64,000 nt of DNA from an uncultured delta proteobacterium (GTDB taxonomy: Bacteria; Desulfobacterota; Binatia; UBA9968), in the NCBI GenBank assembly GCA_963760795.1, contig CAVXEP010000019.1, forward strand, positions 256,001 to 320,000, written 5' to 3'. Under the pieces are notes generated by a model, which was given only the letters and a program-made list of their open reading frames with translations, did no database searches and was not told the DNA's origin. How positions within the stretch are numbered: the stretch's first letter is position 1; every line of letters starts with the position of its first letter. Below, in pieces: positions 20,826 through 33,207 of this stretch. The position numbers and the translations under genes are program-made.

Positions 20826-21523
20826 GCAGCATTTTAAGTGCCGAATCGGCGCTCTTTTTGATCTGCCCATTGCCGTTCCGGCTCGCTTCGTTCAACGCCC
20901 GCATAAATTCTTCATCCGGCGACCCTAGACTAGCCAGGGTTACGGCGACTACGTTTTTCACGCGGTCATCTGCATCATGCAAATAAGTAGCTAGAAGCTT
21001 TTGCCGGACGGCGGCATCGACATCGGTTCTCACTTTCAGACTGGTAGCGGCGGCAACGCGCACTGTCGGTTCTTCGTCGTCCAACGCCTGCAACATTGCT
21101 AGCCGACTCTACAGCGTCGTGCAAAGCCAAGTCGCGCAGACAGTAGAGCGCCATGCGTTTCTGATTGGCGCTGCCAGTCACGCATAGTTCTACCAGTAGC
21201 GGGACCACGGCGCCTTCCTGCTGGGCGATGCGCACGAGCAGCAGGCCGTTGGCCCAGCGAATATCCGGTTCGCGGTGATCGAGGGCGTCGAGTAGTGTGC
21301 GAATCACAACTCCCGAAGGCCGGGCTTGATGGCCGAGAATGTAAGCGACCGGCCAATAGTTTCTGTGATCCGCTTCGCTGAGGCGATTATGGAGTGCTTG
21401 TCTAAGAGTTTCGGAAGTCTCGGCCAATGCGATTAGCTTGTCGACGGCGGCGCGGATCGTTGGCTTGTCGGGATGATCGAGGGCGGCGATGAGATCGGTA
21501 ATCTCGCGTGGCTCGGTGGTCAT
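20818..21523 (-). CDS. HEAT-repeat (PBS lyase-like) protein; frameshift near 21100
   Basis: Repeats LIAALDHPDKPTIRAA, LLDALDHREPDIRWA, LQALDDEEPTVRVAAA across two ORFs. Confidence 0.8.
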
Positions 21524-21554
21524 GGGCGAACTCCAACGCGAAAGGTTAGCCGAT

Positions 21555-22748
21555 TTAGATTTCTAAAAACTGCGGGCAGTCGGTCAAGTTGCGGTTGCCT
21601 TTGGGCTTGACCACGACGACATCTTCCAATCTGACGCCGCCGACGCCGATGTAATAGAGTCCCGGTTCCACGGTGACCACATGGCCGGTGCGCAAGATCG
21701 CGTCGACGGGTGCGATGCGCGGTGGCTCGTGAATGTCCAACCCCAAGCCATGGCCGGTGCCGTGGAAGAAGCCCTGCATGCGGCCATTAATTTTCCCAGT
21801 CGGGAAGCCGCGGGCTGCGAACATGTTCAAAATATTCTGGTGTACTTCTTTGCCGTTGACGCCGTCGCGGATCTGCGCGTAGCCGATTTGCTGGCCGGCT
21901 TGCACCGTGGCGTAGATCTCTTTTAATTTTTCCGACGCTCGGCCGCGCACCACGGTGCGGCTCAAATCGCCGAAATAACCATTGTGTTGCGAGCGCGGAA
22001 AGATATCGAAGATGATCGAGGTGTTCGCTTTGACCGGCCCGGTGCCTTCATGATGCGGATCGACGCATTGGTTACCGGATGAAATGATCGTGTGGCTCGG
22101 CAGCCAGCCTTGCGCCATGATTGTCGTATTGACCGCGGTCTTGAGCATTTCCGAAGTCAGCCTGGTGCCGTTGAGATAGAGATAGCCGTCGCGCTTGGTC
22201 GTGGTCCGTTTGAGCATGCGGATGCCGGCTTCCAAGCCGAGGCGGGCGATGCGCAGGGATTCGGCGATCTGTTTCACTTCGAGATTATTCTTTGTCTCGC
22301 GCCGGGGCCAGAAGGGGTCGCGCTTGATTTGCACGCTGTAGCCCTTGGCGCGCAGCTGGTCCAACAGGAGCGCGGAGAAATTCGCCGGCACGATCAGCGA
22401 GCGAATGGCGCGTTCGCGAAATATCAAGTCGACGATGTCGATGACCGCCGCCGGCGATTTGCCGAGCTTGCGCAGCTTCTTCTGATACAGGGACAAAGAC
22501 AAAGTCCGGTCGGCATGGGCTTGCTTCTTGGCGCGGTCGATCTCCAGATCGCTCATGACGATGTGGCTATGGTTCTTGTGCTGAAAAAAAATAAACGGAT
22601 CGGGCACGAAGAAGCCGGTGGCGTAAAGCATGTTGGCGTCGCCTTCGCTGGCGGCGTAAAGCAGGATCGCCTGATTCGGTTTGAGTTGGATCGATTGCGG
22701 CGCCGAGCCGCTCGATAGGTTTTTTGCTTTTGTCTTCGCTTCAAACAT
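21555..22748 (-). CDS. Xaa-Pro aminopeptidase (M24B family)
   Basis: IIFDIFP, YFGDLSRT, HGTGHGLGLDIHE, TVEPGLY, GVRLEDVV metal ligands. Confidence 0.93.
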   Translation of the reverse strand: MFEAKTKAKNLSSGSAPQSIQLKPNQAILLYAASEGDANMLYATGFFVPDPFIFFQHKNHSHIVMSDLEIDRAKKQAHADRTLSLSLYQKKLRKLGKSPAAVIDIVDLIFRERAIRSLIVPANFSALLLDQLRAKGYSVQIKRDPFWPRRETKNNLEVKQIAESLRIARLGLEAGIRMLKRTTTKRDGYLYLNGTRLTSEMLKTAVNTTIMAQGWLPSHTIISSGNQCVDPHHEGTGPVKANTSIIFDIFPRSQHNGYFGDLSRTVVRGRASEKLKEIYATVQAGQQIGYAQIRDGVNGKEVHQNILNMFAARGFPTGKINGRMQGFFHGTGHGLGLDIHEPPRIAPVDAILRTGHVVTVEPGLYYIGVGGVRLEDVVVVKPKGNRNLTDCPQFLEI

Positions 22749-22858
22749 GATTACTTGATCGCCTCGATTCGCGTTGGTTATGGTTTCTAGTAGCTCGATC
22801 AATTTAACAACTTGGCTCTGGAACTGCAAGATTTTCCTCGTGATTTCGCGCGATTCGG

Positions 22859-22886
22859 TTGACAGTAGAGAGGCTTTTGTTATGAT
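22859..22886 (+). promoter_or_regulatory. sigma70-type promoter for the carboxylase cluster
   Basis: TTGACA, 16-nt spacer, TGn-TATGAT extended -10. Confidence 0.55.
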
Positions 22887-22940
22887 GCCGCCACTCGCTG
22901 GCGAAACTATTTTGCTTTCGCGTCTAAGGAATTTCTCTCG

Positions 22941-24491
22941 ATGACGATCGCTAACAATCTCGACAAACTCCGTGAACTCAACGACAAAGCTGAAGCTGGC
23001 GGTGGCGCCGACCGGGCGCGCCGGCAGCATGAACAGGGTAAACTTCTGGCGCGTGAGCGTCTCGACATTCTGCTCGACAGCGGCAGTTTCGTCGAGATCG
23101 ACCGCCTGCGCACGCACCACAGCACTGACTTCGGCCTCGATAAACAGAGATTTTTAGGCGACGCGGTAGTCTGCGGCTACGGCGCTATCGATGGCCGGCT
23201 CGTCTATGTCTACTCACAGGATTTCACTGTTTTTGGCGGCAGCCTGAGCCGTGTGGTGGCCGACAAGATCTGCAAGGTCATGGACATGGCTATCAAGAAC
23301 GGCGCGCCGTTGATTGGCATCAACGACTCCGGCGGCGCGCGCATTCAAGAAGGCGTCGACAGCCTCGCCGGCTACGGCGATATCTTTCAACGCAACGTGA
23401 TGGCGTCCGGTGTGGTGCCGCAGATTACCGCGATCATGGGTCCGTGCGCCGGCGGCGCGGTCTATTCGCCGGCGATCACCGACTTCATCTTCATGGTCAA
23501 AACCAACAGCTACATGTTCATCACCGGTCCGGACGTGATCAAGACGGTGACCCATGAAGAGGTGACTAAAGAGGACTTGGGCGGCGCGGAGACGCATACG
23601 GGCAAGAGCGGCGTGGCGCATTTTACCGCCAATACCGAAAAGGACTGCTTGCTGATGATTCGCGAGCTGGTTAGTTTTCTACCCAGCAACAATCAGGAAG
23701 ATCCACCGTTTCGGCCGACCCATGACGATCCGCTGCGACGCGACAAGCGGCTCAAAGATATCATCCCTGATAATCCAAACCGCCCCTACGACATGAAAGA
23801 TTTGATCGGCGCGGTGGTGGATGAAGGTTACTTCTACGAAGTCCAACCGGAGTTCGCACGCAATATTCTTATCGGCTTCGCTCATATCGGCGGCCGCTCT
23901 ATTGGCATTGTCGCCAACCAGCCGAATCACTTGGCGGGCTGTCTCGACATCAATGCCTCGGTGAAGGCGGCGCGCTTTATCCGTTTCTGTGACTGTTTCA
24001 ATTTTCCCATCGTGACGTTTGTCGATGTGCCGGGTTTCTTGCCCGGCACCGAGCAGGAATATCATGGCATCATTCGCCATGGCGCGAAGTTGCTTTACGC
24101 TTATGCCGAAGCGACGGTGCCGAAAGTCACCATCGTCACGCGCAAGGCTTACGGCGGCGGCTACATCGTCATGGCGAGCAAGCACCTGCGCGGCGATGTT
24201 AACTTGGTCTATCCCACCGGCGAGATCGCAGTCATGGGGCCGGAAGGGGCGATCAACATCGTCTTCCGCGGTGAATTGGAGAAGTCGGCCGATCCGGCCA
24301 AGGCCCGCGACGAGCTGGTCAACCATTATCGCGAGACTTTCGCCAATCCATTCAAAGCCGCCGAGTCAGGCTATGTCGACGGCATCGTCTATCCCGAGGA
24401 CACCCGGCCGACCTTGATCCGCGCCTTGGAAATGCTCAAGAACAAGCAAGATCACAATCCCCCCAAAAAGCATGGGAATATTCCACTCTAA
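22941..24491 (+). CDS. pccB: acyl-CoA (propionyl-CoA) carboxylase carboxyltransferase beta subunit
   Basis: [48 protein letters not shown]. Confidence 0.93.
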   Translation: MTIANNLDKLRELNDKAEAGGGADRARRQHEQGKLLARERLDILLDSGSFVEIDRLRTHHSTDFGLDKQRFLGDAVVCGYGAIDGRLVYVYSQDFTVFGGSLSRVVADKICKVMDMAIKNGAPLIGINDSGGARIQEGVDSLAGYGDIFQRNVMASGVVPQITAIMGPCAGGAVYSPAITDFIFMVKTNSYMFITGPDVIKTVTHEEVTKEDLGGAETHTGKSGVAHFTANTEKDCLLMIRELVSFLPSNNQEDPPFRPTHDDPLRRDKRLKDIIPDNPNRPYDMKDLIGAVVDEGYFYEVQPEFARNILIGFAHIGGRSIGIVANQPNHLAGCLDINASVKAARFIRFCDCFNFPIVTFVDVPGFLPGTEQEYHGIIRHGAKLLYAYAEATVPKVTIVTRKAYGGGYIVMASKHLRGDVNLVYPTGEIAVMGPEGAINIVFRGELEKSADPAKARDELVNHYRETFANPFKAAESGYVDGIVYPEDTRPTLIRALEMLKNKQDHNPPKKHGNIPL

Positions 24492-24607
24492 AATGAGATG
24501 CGAGACAGAGGTTAGAGACCGAGACCGGATCGATAGGGTCGATGATCTCAATTCTCAATCTTTATTCTCTGTCTCGACTCTCGATCGCAAATCTCTGTCT
24601 GCCGACC

Positions 24608-26140
24608 ATGTTTAAGCGAATCCTCATCGCCAATCGTGGCGAAATCGCCGTGCGCATTGCGCGCGCTTGCCGTGAGCTCGATATCGAATCGATCGCGGTC
24701 TATTCGGAAGCCGACCGCGAGTCGCTGCATGTCAAATACGCCGATTACGCTTACGCGATTGGCCCGGCACCGTCTGCGCAGAGTTATCTGGTCATCGATC
24801 GTATTATCGACGTCTGCAAGAAAAGCGGCGCCGAGGCGGTCCATCCGGGTTACGGTTTCTTGGCGGAGAATGCCAAGTTCGCCCAACGCTGCAAGGATGA
24901 AGGCATCGTCTTTATCGGCCCATCGCCGGAAGTCATCGATCAGATGGGCGACAAAGTTAAAGCGCGCCAGATCATGAAAAATGCCGGCGTCCCGGTGGTG
25001 CCGGGTTCCGACGGCATTCTCACTTCCGAAGAGGAAGTGCTCCAGACCATGGAAGCGATCGGCTATCCATGCATGTTGAAGGCGGTGGCCGGCGGCGGCG
25101 GCAAAGGGCTACGGCTCGTACGCTCACGGCGCGAAGTGTCGTCGGCCTATCGCGCCGTCGGTTCGGAAGCCAAGTCGTCCTTCGGCGATCCGCGGCTGTA
25201 CGTCGAAAAGTTCATCGTCAAACCGCGTCATGTGGAGATTCAAATCCTCGCCGATGGTTACGGCCGGGTCATTCATCTCTACGACCGCGAGTGTTCGATC
25301 CAGCGGCGCCACCAGAAAGTTATCGAAGAGTCGCCTGCTCCAGGACTGGAAGACCGCACGCGCCGGCGCATCGGCCGGATCGCCATTCAAGGCGCCCGTG
25401 CTGTCGGCTACGTCGGCGCCGGGACGTTGGAGTTTTTGCTCGACAGCGAGCAGAATTTTTATTTCTTGGAAATGAACACCCGCCTGCAAGTCGAGCATGC
25501 GGTGACCGAGCGGGTGGTCGGCATCGATCTGGTCAAGGCGCAGATCGAAATAGCCGCAGGCGGTTATCTACCATGGCGCCAACGCCATATTACCCAGACT
25601 GGCCACGCCATCGAATGCCGGATTTACGCCGAAGATCCCGAGCGTGACTTCATGCCTTGCCCCGGCCGGATCGAAGGCTTACGTCTGCCCGAAGGGCTGG
25701 GCTTGAGAAACGATAACGGCGTCTACGAAGGCGCTGAAGTGTCGATCTATTACGATCCGATGATCGCCAAGTTGATCACCTGGGGTGAGAATCGCATCGA
25801 GGCGATCCTGCGCATGCGCCGGGCGCTGCGCGAGTACCAGGTGCGCGGCATCAAGACCAATATTTCGTTTCATCAATGGATCTTGCGCCACCCCCGGTTC
25901 ATGTCCGGCGACGTCAATACCGGGTTTATCGACGAAGAATTTATTCCCAAGGCCAACGAAGAAGTCTATCCGCACAAGGAGATCGCGCTCGCCTCGGCGG
26001 TCATCGCGGCGCTGCACGGCGAACATGAACGGACCATCGGCTTGCTTGCCAAGGGCGCGGCCGAACCGTCCAAGTGGCGTCAGCAGCGCGCGTCATTGCG
26101 CCGGTCGGCGACGCCCGGCAACCGCGGTTGGCGCCGTTAG
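24608..26140 (+). CDS. accC: biotin carboxylase subunit
   Basis: ILIANRGEIA, HPGYGFLAEN, GGGGKG, RECSIQRRHQK, EMNTRLQVEH, YYDPMIAKL. Confidence 0.95.
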   Translation: MFKRILIANRGEIAVRIARACRELDIESIAVYSEADRESLHVKYADYAYAIGPAPSAQSYLVIDRIIDVCKKSGAEAVHPGYGFLAENAKFAQRCKDEGIVFIGPSPEVIDQMGDKVKARQIMKNAGVPVVPGSDGILTSEEEVLQTMEAIGYPCMLKAVAGGGGKGLRLVRSRREVSSAYRAVGSEAKSSFGDPRLYVEKFIVKPRHVEIQILADGYGRVIHLYDRECSIQRRHQKVIEESPAPGLEDRTRRRIGRIAIQGARAVGYVGAGTLEFLLDSEQNFYFLEMNTRLQVEHAVTERVVGIDLVKAQIEIAAGGYLPWRQRHITQTGHAIECRIYAEDPERDFMPCPGRIEGLRLPEGLGLRNDNGVYEGAEVSIYYDPMIAKLITWGENRIEAILRMRRALREYQVRGIKTNISFHQWILRHPRFMSGDVNTGFIDEEFIPKANEEVYPHKEIALASAVIAALHGEHERTIGLLAKGAAEPSKWRQQRASLRRSATPGNRGWRR

Positions 26141-26151
26141 AGGATATCCCC

Positions 26152-26655
26152 ATGGCGTTTATCGGTAAGCTTGGCGATCAATCCTTCACCGTGGACATCG
26201 AGGAAACTGGTAAATCGGTTTACCGGGTCTCGGTGGACGGCAATGAATTTATCGTCGACGGCAAGAAGACCGGCCGGACCAACTATTCGCTGATTGTCGA
26301 CAATCGTTCCTTCGAGATCGAAGTCGATAACACCGACGATGACTACCGGGTGCTGGTCGATGGGCGCAATTACCACATCAATCTGGTCGATGAGCGGCGT
26401 GTGCGCGTCGGCGGGGCCCAGGCCGGCCTCGAACTCCAGGGACGCCAGAAGGTCACTGTACCGATGCCGGGGAAAATCATCGCTGTCCTGGTTTCCGAGG
26501 GGGAGCAGGTCGAAAAGGGCCAGGGACTGGTGATCGTCGAAGCGATGAAGATGGAAAACGAAGTGCATAGCCCCATCGCCGGCGAAGTCAAAGACATCAA
26601 AGTGAAGCCGGGAGATACCGTCGAAAGCGGCGCCCTGCTGTTGATCGTCGAGTAA
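26152..26655 (+). CDS. biotin carboxyl carrier protein
   Basis: PMPGKI and the EAMKMENE biotinylation motif. Confidence 0.93.
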   Translation: MAFIGKLGDQSFTVDIEETGKSVYRVSVDGNEFIVDGKKTGRTNYSLIVDNRSFEIEVDNTDDDYRVLVDGRNYHINLVDERRVRVGGAQAGLELQGRQKVTVPMPGKIIAVLVSEGEQVEKGQGLVIVEAMKMENEVHSPIAGEVKDIKVKPGDTVESGALLLIVE

Positions 26656-26725
26656 GCAGGATTTAATCAAGATTTTTTCACATGATTATTGTCAGCTTAT
26701 TTCTTTCATGTTATAGCAGCGCTCC

Positions 26726-27277
26726 ATGATCCCGAAGAAATGTTTTTTTACCAAAGGTGTCGGTGTCCACAAGGAAAAGTTGGCATCCTTCGAGCTCGCC
26801 TTGCGGCAAGCTGGTCTGGCCTACTGTAATCTGGTGTTGGTGTCGAGCATCTTCCCGCCTTATTGCAAGCGACTTTCCAAGGAAGAGGGCGCCAAACTAC
26901 TGCGTCCCGGGGAGGTCGTGTTCAGCGTCTATGACCGTGAGAGCACCAACGAGCCCAATCGGTTGGTGGCCGCCTCCGTGGGTGTGGCGATTCCATCGGA
27001 TGAGAGCCAATACGGCTATCTGTCGGAGCATCACTCCTTCGGCGAGACCGACGAAAAGGCCGGCGACTACGCCGAGGATCTCGCCGCCAGCATGTTGGCT
27101 ACCACTCTAGGCATCGAGTTCAATCCCGACACCGCCTGGGACGAGCGCGAGCAGCTATTCAAAATGTCCGAGAAAATTGTCCGTACTTCCAACATCACCC
27201 AGTCCGCCATCGGCAACAAAGACGGCCTGTGGACCACGGTGTTTGCCGCTTGCGCGTTCATCAACGACGATAACTAA
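26726..27277 (+). CDS. pdaD: pyruvoyl-dependent arginine decarboxylase
   Basis: [26 protein letters not shown] self-cleavage motif, GYLSEHH. Confidence 0.9.
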   Translation: MIPKKCFFTKGVGVHKEKLASFELALRQAGLAYCNLVLVSSIFPPYCKRLSKEEGAKLLRPGEVVFSVYDRESTNEPNRLVAASVGVAIPSDESQYGYLSEHHSFGETDEKAGDYAEDLAASMLATTLGIEFNPDTAWDEREQLFKMSEKIVRTSNITQSAIGNKDGLWTTVFAACAFINDDN

Positions 27278-27330
27278 GGGTTATTCGAATTCTAAAGAAA
27301 GTGGTGTTGGCTTTGACTGACGCCCCTTTT

Positions 27331-28104
27331 TTATTCGGCGGCCCGGTCTAACCGGTTCATTCGAAAGCGCGCCAGGTAGGCGACGGCGATGCTGAGGCCA
27401 TAGAGCATTAGCAGCGGCACCATCAGCAAAATTTGCGAGATCAAATCGGGCGGCGTCAGGATCGCCGCCAAGAGCGCAATGGCGATCAGAGCGTAGCGGC
27501 TGTGGTGGATCAAAAAGCGATGGTCGATCAGGCCCACCCGGGCGGTGAAAAACGCGATCACCGGCAGCTCGAACATGGCGCCGGAAGCTAAAACCATGCG
27601 TGAGATTGTCGACAGGTAGTCGCCGACTTGAAGCATCGGTGTAACGCCGATGACCTCGTAGCGATGCAGCAAGAAACTCAGTCCATGTTGCACCACGATG
27701 GCATAACTGAAAGCCGCTCCGAGGCAAAAGCACAGTGAACCGGCGAAGACGAAGCTGCGCGTATAGCGCTTCTCATGCTCGTAGAGTCCGGGCGCGACGA
27801 ATTGCCAGCCCTGCCACAAGAGCACTGGTAGAGCGACAACCACCGCGGCGGCGAAGCCGAGTTTCATCTTGGTAAAGAACGCTTCAGTAACGCCGGTGCC
27901 GATGAGTATCAGCCCCGGGATATTGAGACGGCGCACTGGCGCGGCGAGAATCGCGAATATCGTGTCGACGTAATAGAAGCAGGCGAAGAACGCGACGGCG
28001 ACGGCGAGCAGTGATTTGACCAGCCGTGAGCGCAATTCCCCCAGGTGGGAGGTAAAGGGCATTTGGACATCGGCATGCTGCCCGTTGCCGTCTGGCGTGG
28101 TCAC
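27331..28104 (-). CDS. tatC: Tat translocase TatC
   Basis: [32 protein letters not shown]. Confidence 0.95.
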   Translation of the reverse strand: MTTPDGNGQHADVQMPFTSHLGELRSRLVKSLLAVAVAFFACFYYVDTIFAILAAPVRRLNIPGLILIGTGVTEAFFTKMKLGFAAAVVVALPVLLWQGWQFVAPGLYEHEKRYTRSFVFAGSLCFCLGAAFSYAIVVQHGLSFLLHRYEVIGVTPMLQVGDYLSTISRMVLASGAMFELPVIAFFTARVGLIDHRFLIHHSRYALIAIALLAAILTPPDLISQILLMVPLLMLYGLSIAVAYLARFRMNRLDRAAE

Positions 28105-28379
28105 TTTTTTTCTGCGGCGTTGGGAAGGGGATCGGCTACCGGAGTTTCGGCGGCTTGCGCGGGTTGGGGATCGACTGTTAGCGGTTCGGCCGGCGGTGGC
28201 GGCTCGTCAAGATCGGCCTCCACTTTGCGAAACTCATCTTTGAGCTCATCGGTGGCGCGGCGAAACTCGGCCAGTCCTTTGCCTAGGGTTTTGGCCAGTT
28301 CGGGTAGTTTCTTGGGTCCAAGGACAATCAAGGCCAATCCCAAGATCATCAGTAATTCCGGCATGCCGATACCAAACAT
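28101..28379 (-). CDS. tatB: Tat translocase TatA/TatB family subunit
   Basis: [32 protein letters not shown]; overlaps the tatC start. Confidence 0.85.
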   Translation of the reverse strand: MFGIGMPELLMILGLALIVLGPKKLPELAKTLGKGLAEFRRATDELKDEFRKVEADLDEPPPPAEPLTVDPQPAQAAETPVADPLPNAAEKK

Positions 28380-28727
28380 ACAGTTAAACTAAGCGATTTC
28401 ACTTGGCTCCGCAAGATTGCGCGATGGATATCGTTTGCTTGGCCCTGGTTGCGCGGAGCGAGACGAGATTTCTCGCTGCGCTCGAAATCACAGCTGAATT
28501 GCGCCGTAGCCAAGCAATCTAAGAAGATTCGGAATCGGAAGATTAGCGGAAACAACGCAAATCAAAATCGCCAAAGGAGGGCAGGATTGGAAACCGGCCC
28601 GCTTGATCATCACCGCAAGTAGAATACTAAGAACGTTGTCATCCCGAGTGCAGCGAGGGAGCTCGACCGAATCGAATCGCGGCGAAATCGCTTGGCAGCG
28701 CCTGGGCGTCGGTGTTAGGTTCTTTCA

Positions 28728-29757
28728 ATGGCGAAGACGGCGGTCGTAGTCGATAAAGAATATTTGAAACACCAGCCCGGCGAGTCTCATCCGGAGCGGC
28801 CCGAGCGCGTCAAAGTGTTGCTCGAATTGGCCAGTGAACTTGACGCGGCGAAGTTTCAATTACTGCCGCCCCAACCGGCCAAACGCGCCGATATCGCGGC
28901 GACCCATGGCGAAGAACACATCAAACTTATCGAAGCGACGGCGCAGCATAACCGCTACGCCTTGGACGGCGACACGATCACTTGTCGCGATTCGTACGCG
29001 GTCAGTTTATTGGCGGTGGGCGGGTTCATCGGTCTGCTCGATGCGGTCGCTGCTAAAGATTGCCGCAACGGTTTCGCTCTGGTGCGGCCACCGGGCCATC
29101 ATGCCCTGCGCAATCGCGCCATGGGGTTTTGTCTTTTCAACACCATGGCGATCGGCGCCGAGTATTTGCAGCGCACGCACGGCGCCAAGAAAATTCTCAT
29201 CATGGATTGGGACGTGCACCATGGCAACGGCACTCAGGATGCTTTTTACGCCGATCCTTCGGTACTGTTCATTTCGACCCATCAGTATCCCTATTACCCC
29301 GGCAGCGGTGCCGCTAACGAAGTTGGCAGCGGCGTGGGTGAAGGTTTCACCATCAATATCCCTCTGCCCGCTGGCTGTGCCGACGCCGAGTACGCTCAGG
29401 TATTTCACGATATCGTCGTGCCGGCGGCGGAAAAATTTTGCCCCGATTGGATTTTGGTGTCCGCCGGTTTCGACCCGCACCGGCGCGATCCGCTGGGCGG
29501 CATGGGAGTGAGCGACCAAGGCTTTGCGCTCATGGCGAGCCGGTTACTCGGACTCGCAGATAAATTCGCCGATGCCAAGATCGCCTTTCTTCTCGAAGGC
29601 GGTTACGATCTTGTGGGACTGCGCGGGTCAGTAGCGGCGGTGCTCGATACCATGCAATCGGGCGTCGCCCCGCGCGATCGAGGCGCCCAAGTTGAGTGAC
29701 AGCCGCATCGCCCCACTAGTTCGCCATATTCTACAGCTTCATGAACAATATCAGTAA
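28728..29757 (+). CDS. histone deacetylase-family (zinc-dependent) deacylase; indel near 29690
   Basis: HPERPER, RPPGHHA, GFCLFN, DWDVHHGNGTQ, SAGFD, LEGGY; last ~20 residues are in another frame. Confidence 0.93.
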
Positions 29758-29834
29758 CTTGAATTTCCTATTGATTCACCGACGAGTCTCCATTATCTTA
29801 ATGTTCCAAATTCATTAAAGATTGGTTAAGTATT

Positions 29835-31085
29835 GTGAACACAACTGAAGTACGCAGAGTTGTCGTGACCGGTATTGGTCTGGTCACGCCATTGGGAACC
29901 GGCGTCGACAAGAACTGGGACGCATTGATGGCCGGGCGCTCGGGCATCCGCAAGATCAGCCGCTTTAATGCCGACGCTTTCGCCTCGCGTATCGCCGGCG
30001 AAGTGCCCGACTTCAACGCCGAAGATTATATCGAAGCGAAAGAGATCAAAAAAATGGATCTCTTCATTCACTACGCCATGGGCGCCACGGCCCAGGCGAT
30101 GGCCGACAGCGGTCTCAAGATCGAAGGCGAATTCGCCGAGAACGTCGGCGTCATCATCGGCGTCGGCATGAACGGCCTCGATACCCTCGAAACCACCAAA
30201 GAAGCGCTGATGGCCGGCGGGCCGCGCAAGATATCGCCATTTTTCATTCCCAAAGTCATTTCCAATCTAGCCCCCGGCCATGTGGCAATTCGTTACGGCG
30301 CCAAGGGCATTAATTTTACGCCGACTTCGGCCTGTGCTTCTGGCACCCATGCGATCGGCGAGGCTTACCATATGATTCGCCGCGGTTTGCAGGATGCCGT
30401 GATCGCCGGCGGCGCCGAAGCGGCGATCACACCGCTGGGGGTGGGCGGTTTCGCCGCGATGAAAGCGCTGTCGACGCGCAACGACGAGCCCGAGCGCGCC
30501 AGCCGGCCCTTCGACAAAGAGCGCGACGGCTTCGTTATCGGCGAGGGCTCCGGCATTTTGATCCTCGAAGAACGCCAGCATGCGCTTGAGCGCGGCGCCA
30601 AAATCTACGCCGAAGTGCTCGGCTACGCGGCCAACGGGGACGCCTATCATATGACCGCGCCGGCGCCCGACGGCGAAGGAGCGGCGCGCTGCATGCGCTT
30701 GGCTTTGAAAGATGCCGGCATGGTGCCGAGCGATGTCAGTTACATCAATGCCCACGGCACGTCGACGGAGTATAACGACGCCAATGAAACCACGGCGATT
30801 AAAACTGTTTTTGGCGAAGTGGCGGCCAAGCTGGCGGTGAGCTCGACCAAATCGATGACCGGACATTTACTCGGTGCCGCTGGCGCGGTGGAAGGTATCT
30901 ATTCGGCGCTGACGCTGCATCACGGCATACTGCCGCCGACGATCAATTATGAAAATCCCGATCCGGCTTGCGATCTCGACTACGTGCCCAATCAAGCGCG
31001 CAAAGCCGATGTCAAAGTCGTGCTTTCCAACTCCTTCGGTTTCGGCGGCACCAATGCTTGCGTGATTTTCGGGAGGTGCGCATGA
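29835..31085 (+). CDS. fabF: beta-ketoacyl-ACP synthase II
   Basis: [48 protein letters not shown]. Confidence 0.96.
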   Translation: MNTTEVRRVVVTGIGLVTPLGTGVDKNWDALMAGRSGIRKISRFNADAFASRIAGEVPDFNAEDYIEAKEIKKMDLFIHYAMGATAQAMADSGLKIEGEFAENVGVIIGVGMNGLDTLETTKEALMAGGPRKISPFFIPKVISNLAPGHVAIRYGAKGINFTPTSACASGTHAIGEAYHMIRRGLQDAVIAGGAEAAITPLGVGGFAAMKALSTRNDEPERASRPFDKERDGFVIGEGSGILILEERQHALERGAKIYAEVLGYAANGDAYHMTAPAPDGEGAARCMRLALKDAGMVPSDVSYINAHGTSTEYNDANETTAIKTVFGEVAAKLAVSSTKSMTGHLLGAAGAVEGIYSALTLHHGILPPTINYENPDPACDLDYVPNQARKADVKVVLSNSFGFGGTNACVIFGRCA

Positions 31086-32074
31086 GCCGCTCCGAACGCC
31101 GCAGCGTGATTCTCGGCACCGGCTCCGAACTGCCGTCTAAAATCATCACCAACCATGACTTGGAAAAGATGGTCGATACCAGCGACGAGTGGATCACCGT
31201 GCGCACCGGCATCAAAGAACGGCGCGTTCTCGAAGAAGGCAAGGGCAATGCCGATATGGCCTACGAAGCGGCCAGACGCGCTCTCGATGACGCTCACGTC
31301 GATCCAAAAGATCTCGATGCCATCATCATGGGCACGGTTTCCGCCGATTATCCGTTTCCCAGTTCCGCCTGCGTCCTCGAGGACAAGCTCGGCGCGCGCA
31401 ATGCTTTTTCCTTTGACGTCGGCGCCGCCTGTGCGGGGTTTCTCAATGCGCTTGCGGTGGGCGATTTATTCGTTCGTAGCGGCAAGGCTGATAAAGCACT
31501 GGTGGTCGGCTCCGACGCCCTAAGCCGCATGCTCAACTGGAAGGATCGTGGCACCTGCATACTGTTTGGCGACGCCGCCGGCGCGGTGGTGCTCGGCGCC
31601 GCCGAAAATGGTTCCGGTGTCTTGAGCACCAAGCTGCGCACCGACGGTTCGTACGTTAAGCAGCTCTACGTTCCCGCCGGCGGCTCGCTCAAGCCTCCCT
31701 GTCCGGAGACGGTGCGCAACAACGAGCACACGATCACCATGAACGGCAAAGAGGTGTTCAAGATCGCCGTGCGTTCCATGGAAGAGATCAGCCGGCAAGC
31801 CCTCGACGAAGCTTGCGTTAGCATCGATCAAGTGGCTCTAGTCATCCCACACCAGGCCAACAAACGCATCATCGTCGCGCTCGCCGAACGGCTCGGCGTG
31901 CCAATGGCCAAAGTCGTGGTCAACGTCGACAAATACGGCAACACCTCGGCGGCATCGATCCCGGTCGCCCTCGACGAAGCCAGACGCGCCGGGCGCATCC
32001 AGCCCGGCGACATTGTCTTGTTCAATGCTTTTGGCGCCGGCTTCGCCTGGGGCGCGGCGGTGGTGAAGTTCTAA
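31082..32074 (+). CDS. fabH: beta-ketoacyl-ACP synthase III
   Basis: [44 protein letters not shown]. Confidence 0.96.
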   Translation: MSRSERRSVILGTGSELPSKIITNHDLEKMVDTSDEWITVRTGIKERRVLEEGKGNADMAYEAARRALDDAHVDPKDLDAIIMGTVSADYPFPSSACVLEDKLGARNAFSFDVGAACAGFLNALAVGDLFVRSGKADKALVVGSDALSRMLNWKDRGTCILFGDAAGAVVLGAAENGSGVLSTKLRTDGSYVKQLYVPAGGSLKPPCPETVRNNEHTITMNGKEVFKIAVRSMEEISRQALDEACVSIDQVALVIPHQANKRIIVALAERLGVPMAKVVVNVDKYGNTSAASIPVALDEARRAGRIQPGDIVLFNAFGAGFAWGAAVVKF

Positions 32075-32290
32075 ATTGGCGGGCTTTGCAGGCTTCGTCG
32101 GTTCGTTGGCTGATATTCGGCCTCTTGAATCGAGTGCCGGGCGGAAGCGTCGAGTTTCCCTATGAGGCAGTGAAGGTGGAGATTCTTTTGCAAGCCGCAT
32201 AGTAGCGCGACAATCTCGCCGCACACATCGCTACAGCTGACGCCGCCACGCGACGGAGGACCATTTCTTCGGAAGAATTGTTTCACGGCG

Positions 32291-33112
32291 TTATCCAACC
32301 GCCTTCTTTAACCACTCCGTCACAATCTTCGAAACTTTGTCCTCCGCGCCGACGTAAAAGTGGTCGCAGTTGGGGATGATCGCGACTTCGCAGGGGCCGG
32401 GACAATTTTTTGCGAACTCTTCAGCCGGATAGTTTTCTTTTGGCTCTTGGTCGCCGCGGACGAAGAGCACCGGGCAGGCGATGTTTTTTGAATTCTCCAG
32501 CAGGTCGGGGGCGTTGGTCAGGCGGTCGAGGAACGTTCTCGCCGAGATTACCCACCACCAGGCGGGGATGAGCATGAGCTCTCTGGGTTTGCCTGCGGCG
32601 ATCAGTGCCTCGGCTTCCTTTTTTTGCTTTTCGACATCGCCAGCGAGTGAATAGTTACGCGCGGCGCGCTGGTGCACCATGCGGTTGCCGCCGGTGTGGG
32701 CGGACAATAAAATTAACGCCTTAGTCTCCGGATGATGCGCGACATGCTCGGCGGCGAGGACACCGCCGTTGCTGTGGCCGATGACGATCGGATTGGCGAA
32801 TCCTTTGTCGGCCAAATATTTCGCTACCAGCGCGTTGTCTTCGACGCCTTCGGCGACGGTTTGGTAGGCGCCGCCGACGCATTCGCGGCTGTCAAAAGTG
32901 CTCACCGAGTCGTGGCCGCGGCGGTTGAAGGCTAGATATTCATAGCCCAACGCGGTGATATGCGGCGCGAGAAAGCGCGCGGCGCAAACGTAAAAATTCA
33001 TCTGGTTACCGTGGCAATACATCGCCGCGCCTTTGCTCTGCCCGTCAGGCGTATAATAGGCGCCGTCGAGCGGGTGCGTTGGGGTTTCGATTCTGATAAG
33101 TTCGGTGCGCAT
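32291..33112 (-). CDS. alpha/beta hydrolase
   Basis: CHG, NRRGHD, GHSNGG elbow, CDHFY. Confidence 0.85.
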   Translation of the reverse strand: MRTELIRIETPTHPLDGAYYTPDGQSKGAAMYCHGNQMNFYVCAARFLAPHITALGYEYLAFNRRGHDSVSTFDSRECVGGAYQTVAEGVEDNALVAKYLADKGFANPIVIGHSNGGVLAAEHVAHHPETKALILLSAHTGGNRMVHQRAARNYSLAGDVEKQKKEAEALIAAGKPRELMLIPAWWWVISARTFLDRLTNAPDLLENSKNIACPVLFVRGDQEPKENYPAEEFAKNCPGPCEVAIIPNCDHFYVGAEDKVSKIVTEWLKKAVG

Positions 33113-33207
33113 TGAGTGCTCCTGTGGTTTTGAGATTGCCAGGTTAGCGTCAAAGCTCGGACAATTTCAAAGCCTCACGGCGATTAACTTGGAAATAAGG
33201 ACGTGCC

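Noticed and set aside
22749-23120. Long N-terminal extension of the M24 peptidase overlapping pccB
   Set aside because: Antisense read-through of pccB and the promoter region; the plausible start is 22748
32075-32290. Possible sRNA or small ORF between fabH and the convergent hydrolase
   Set aside because: No promoter, RBS, strong stem or recognisable motif found
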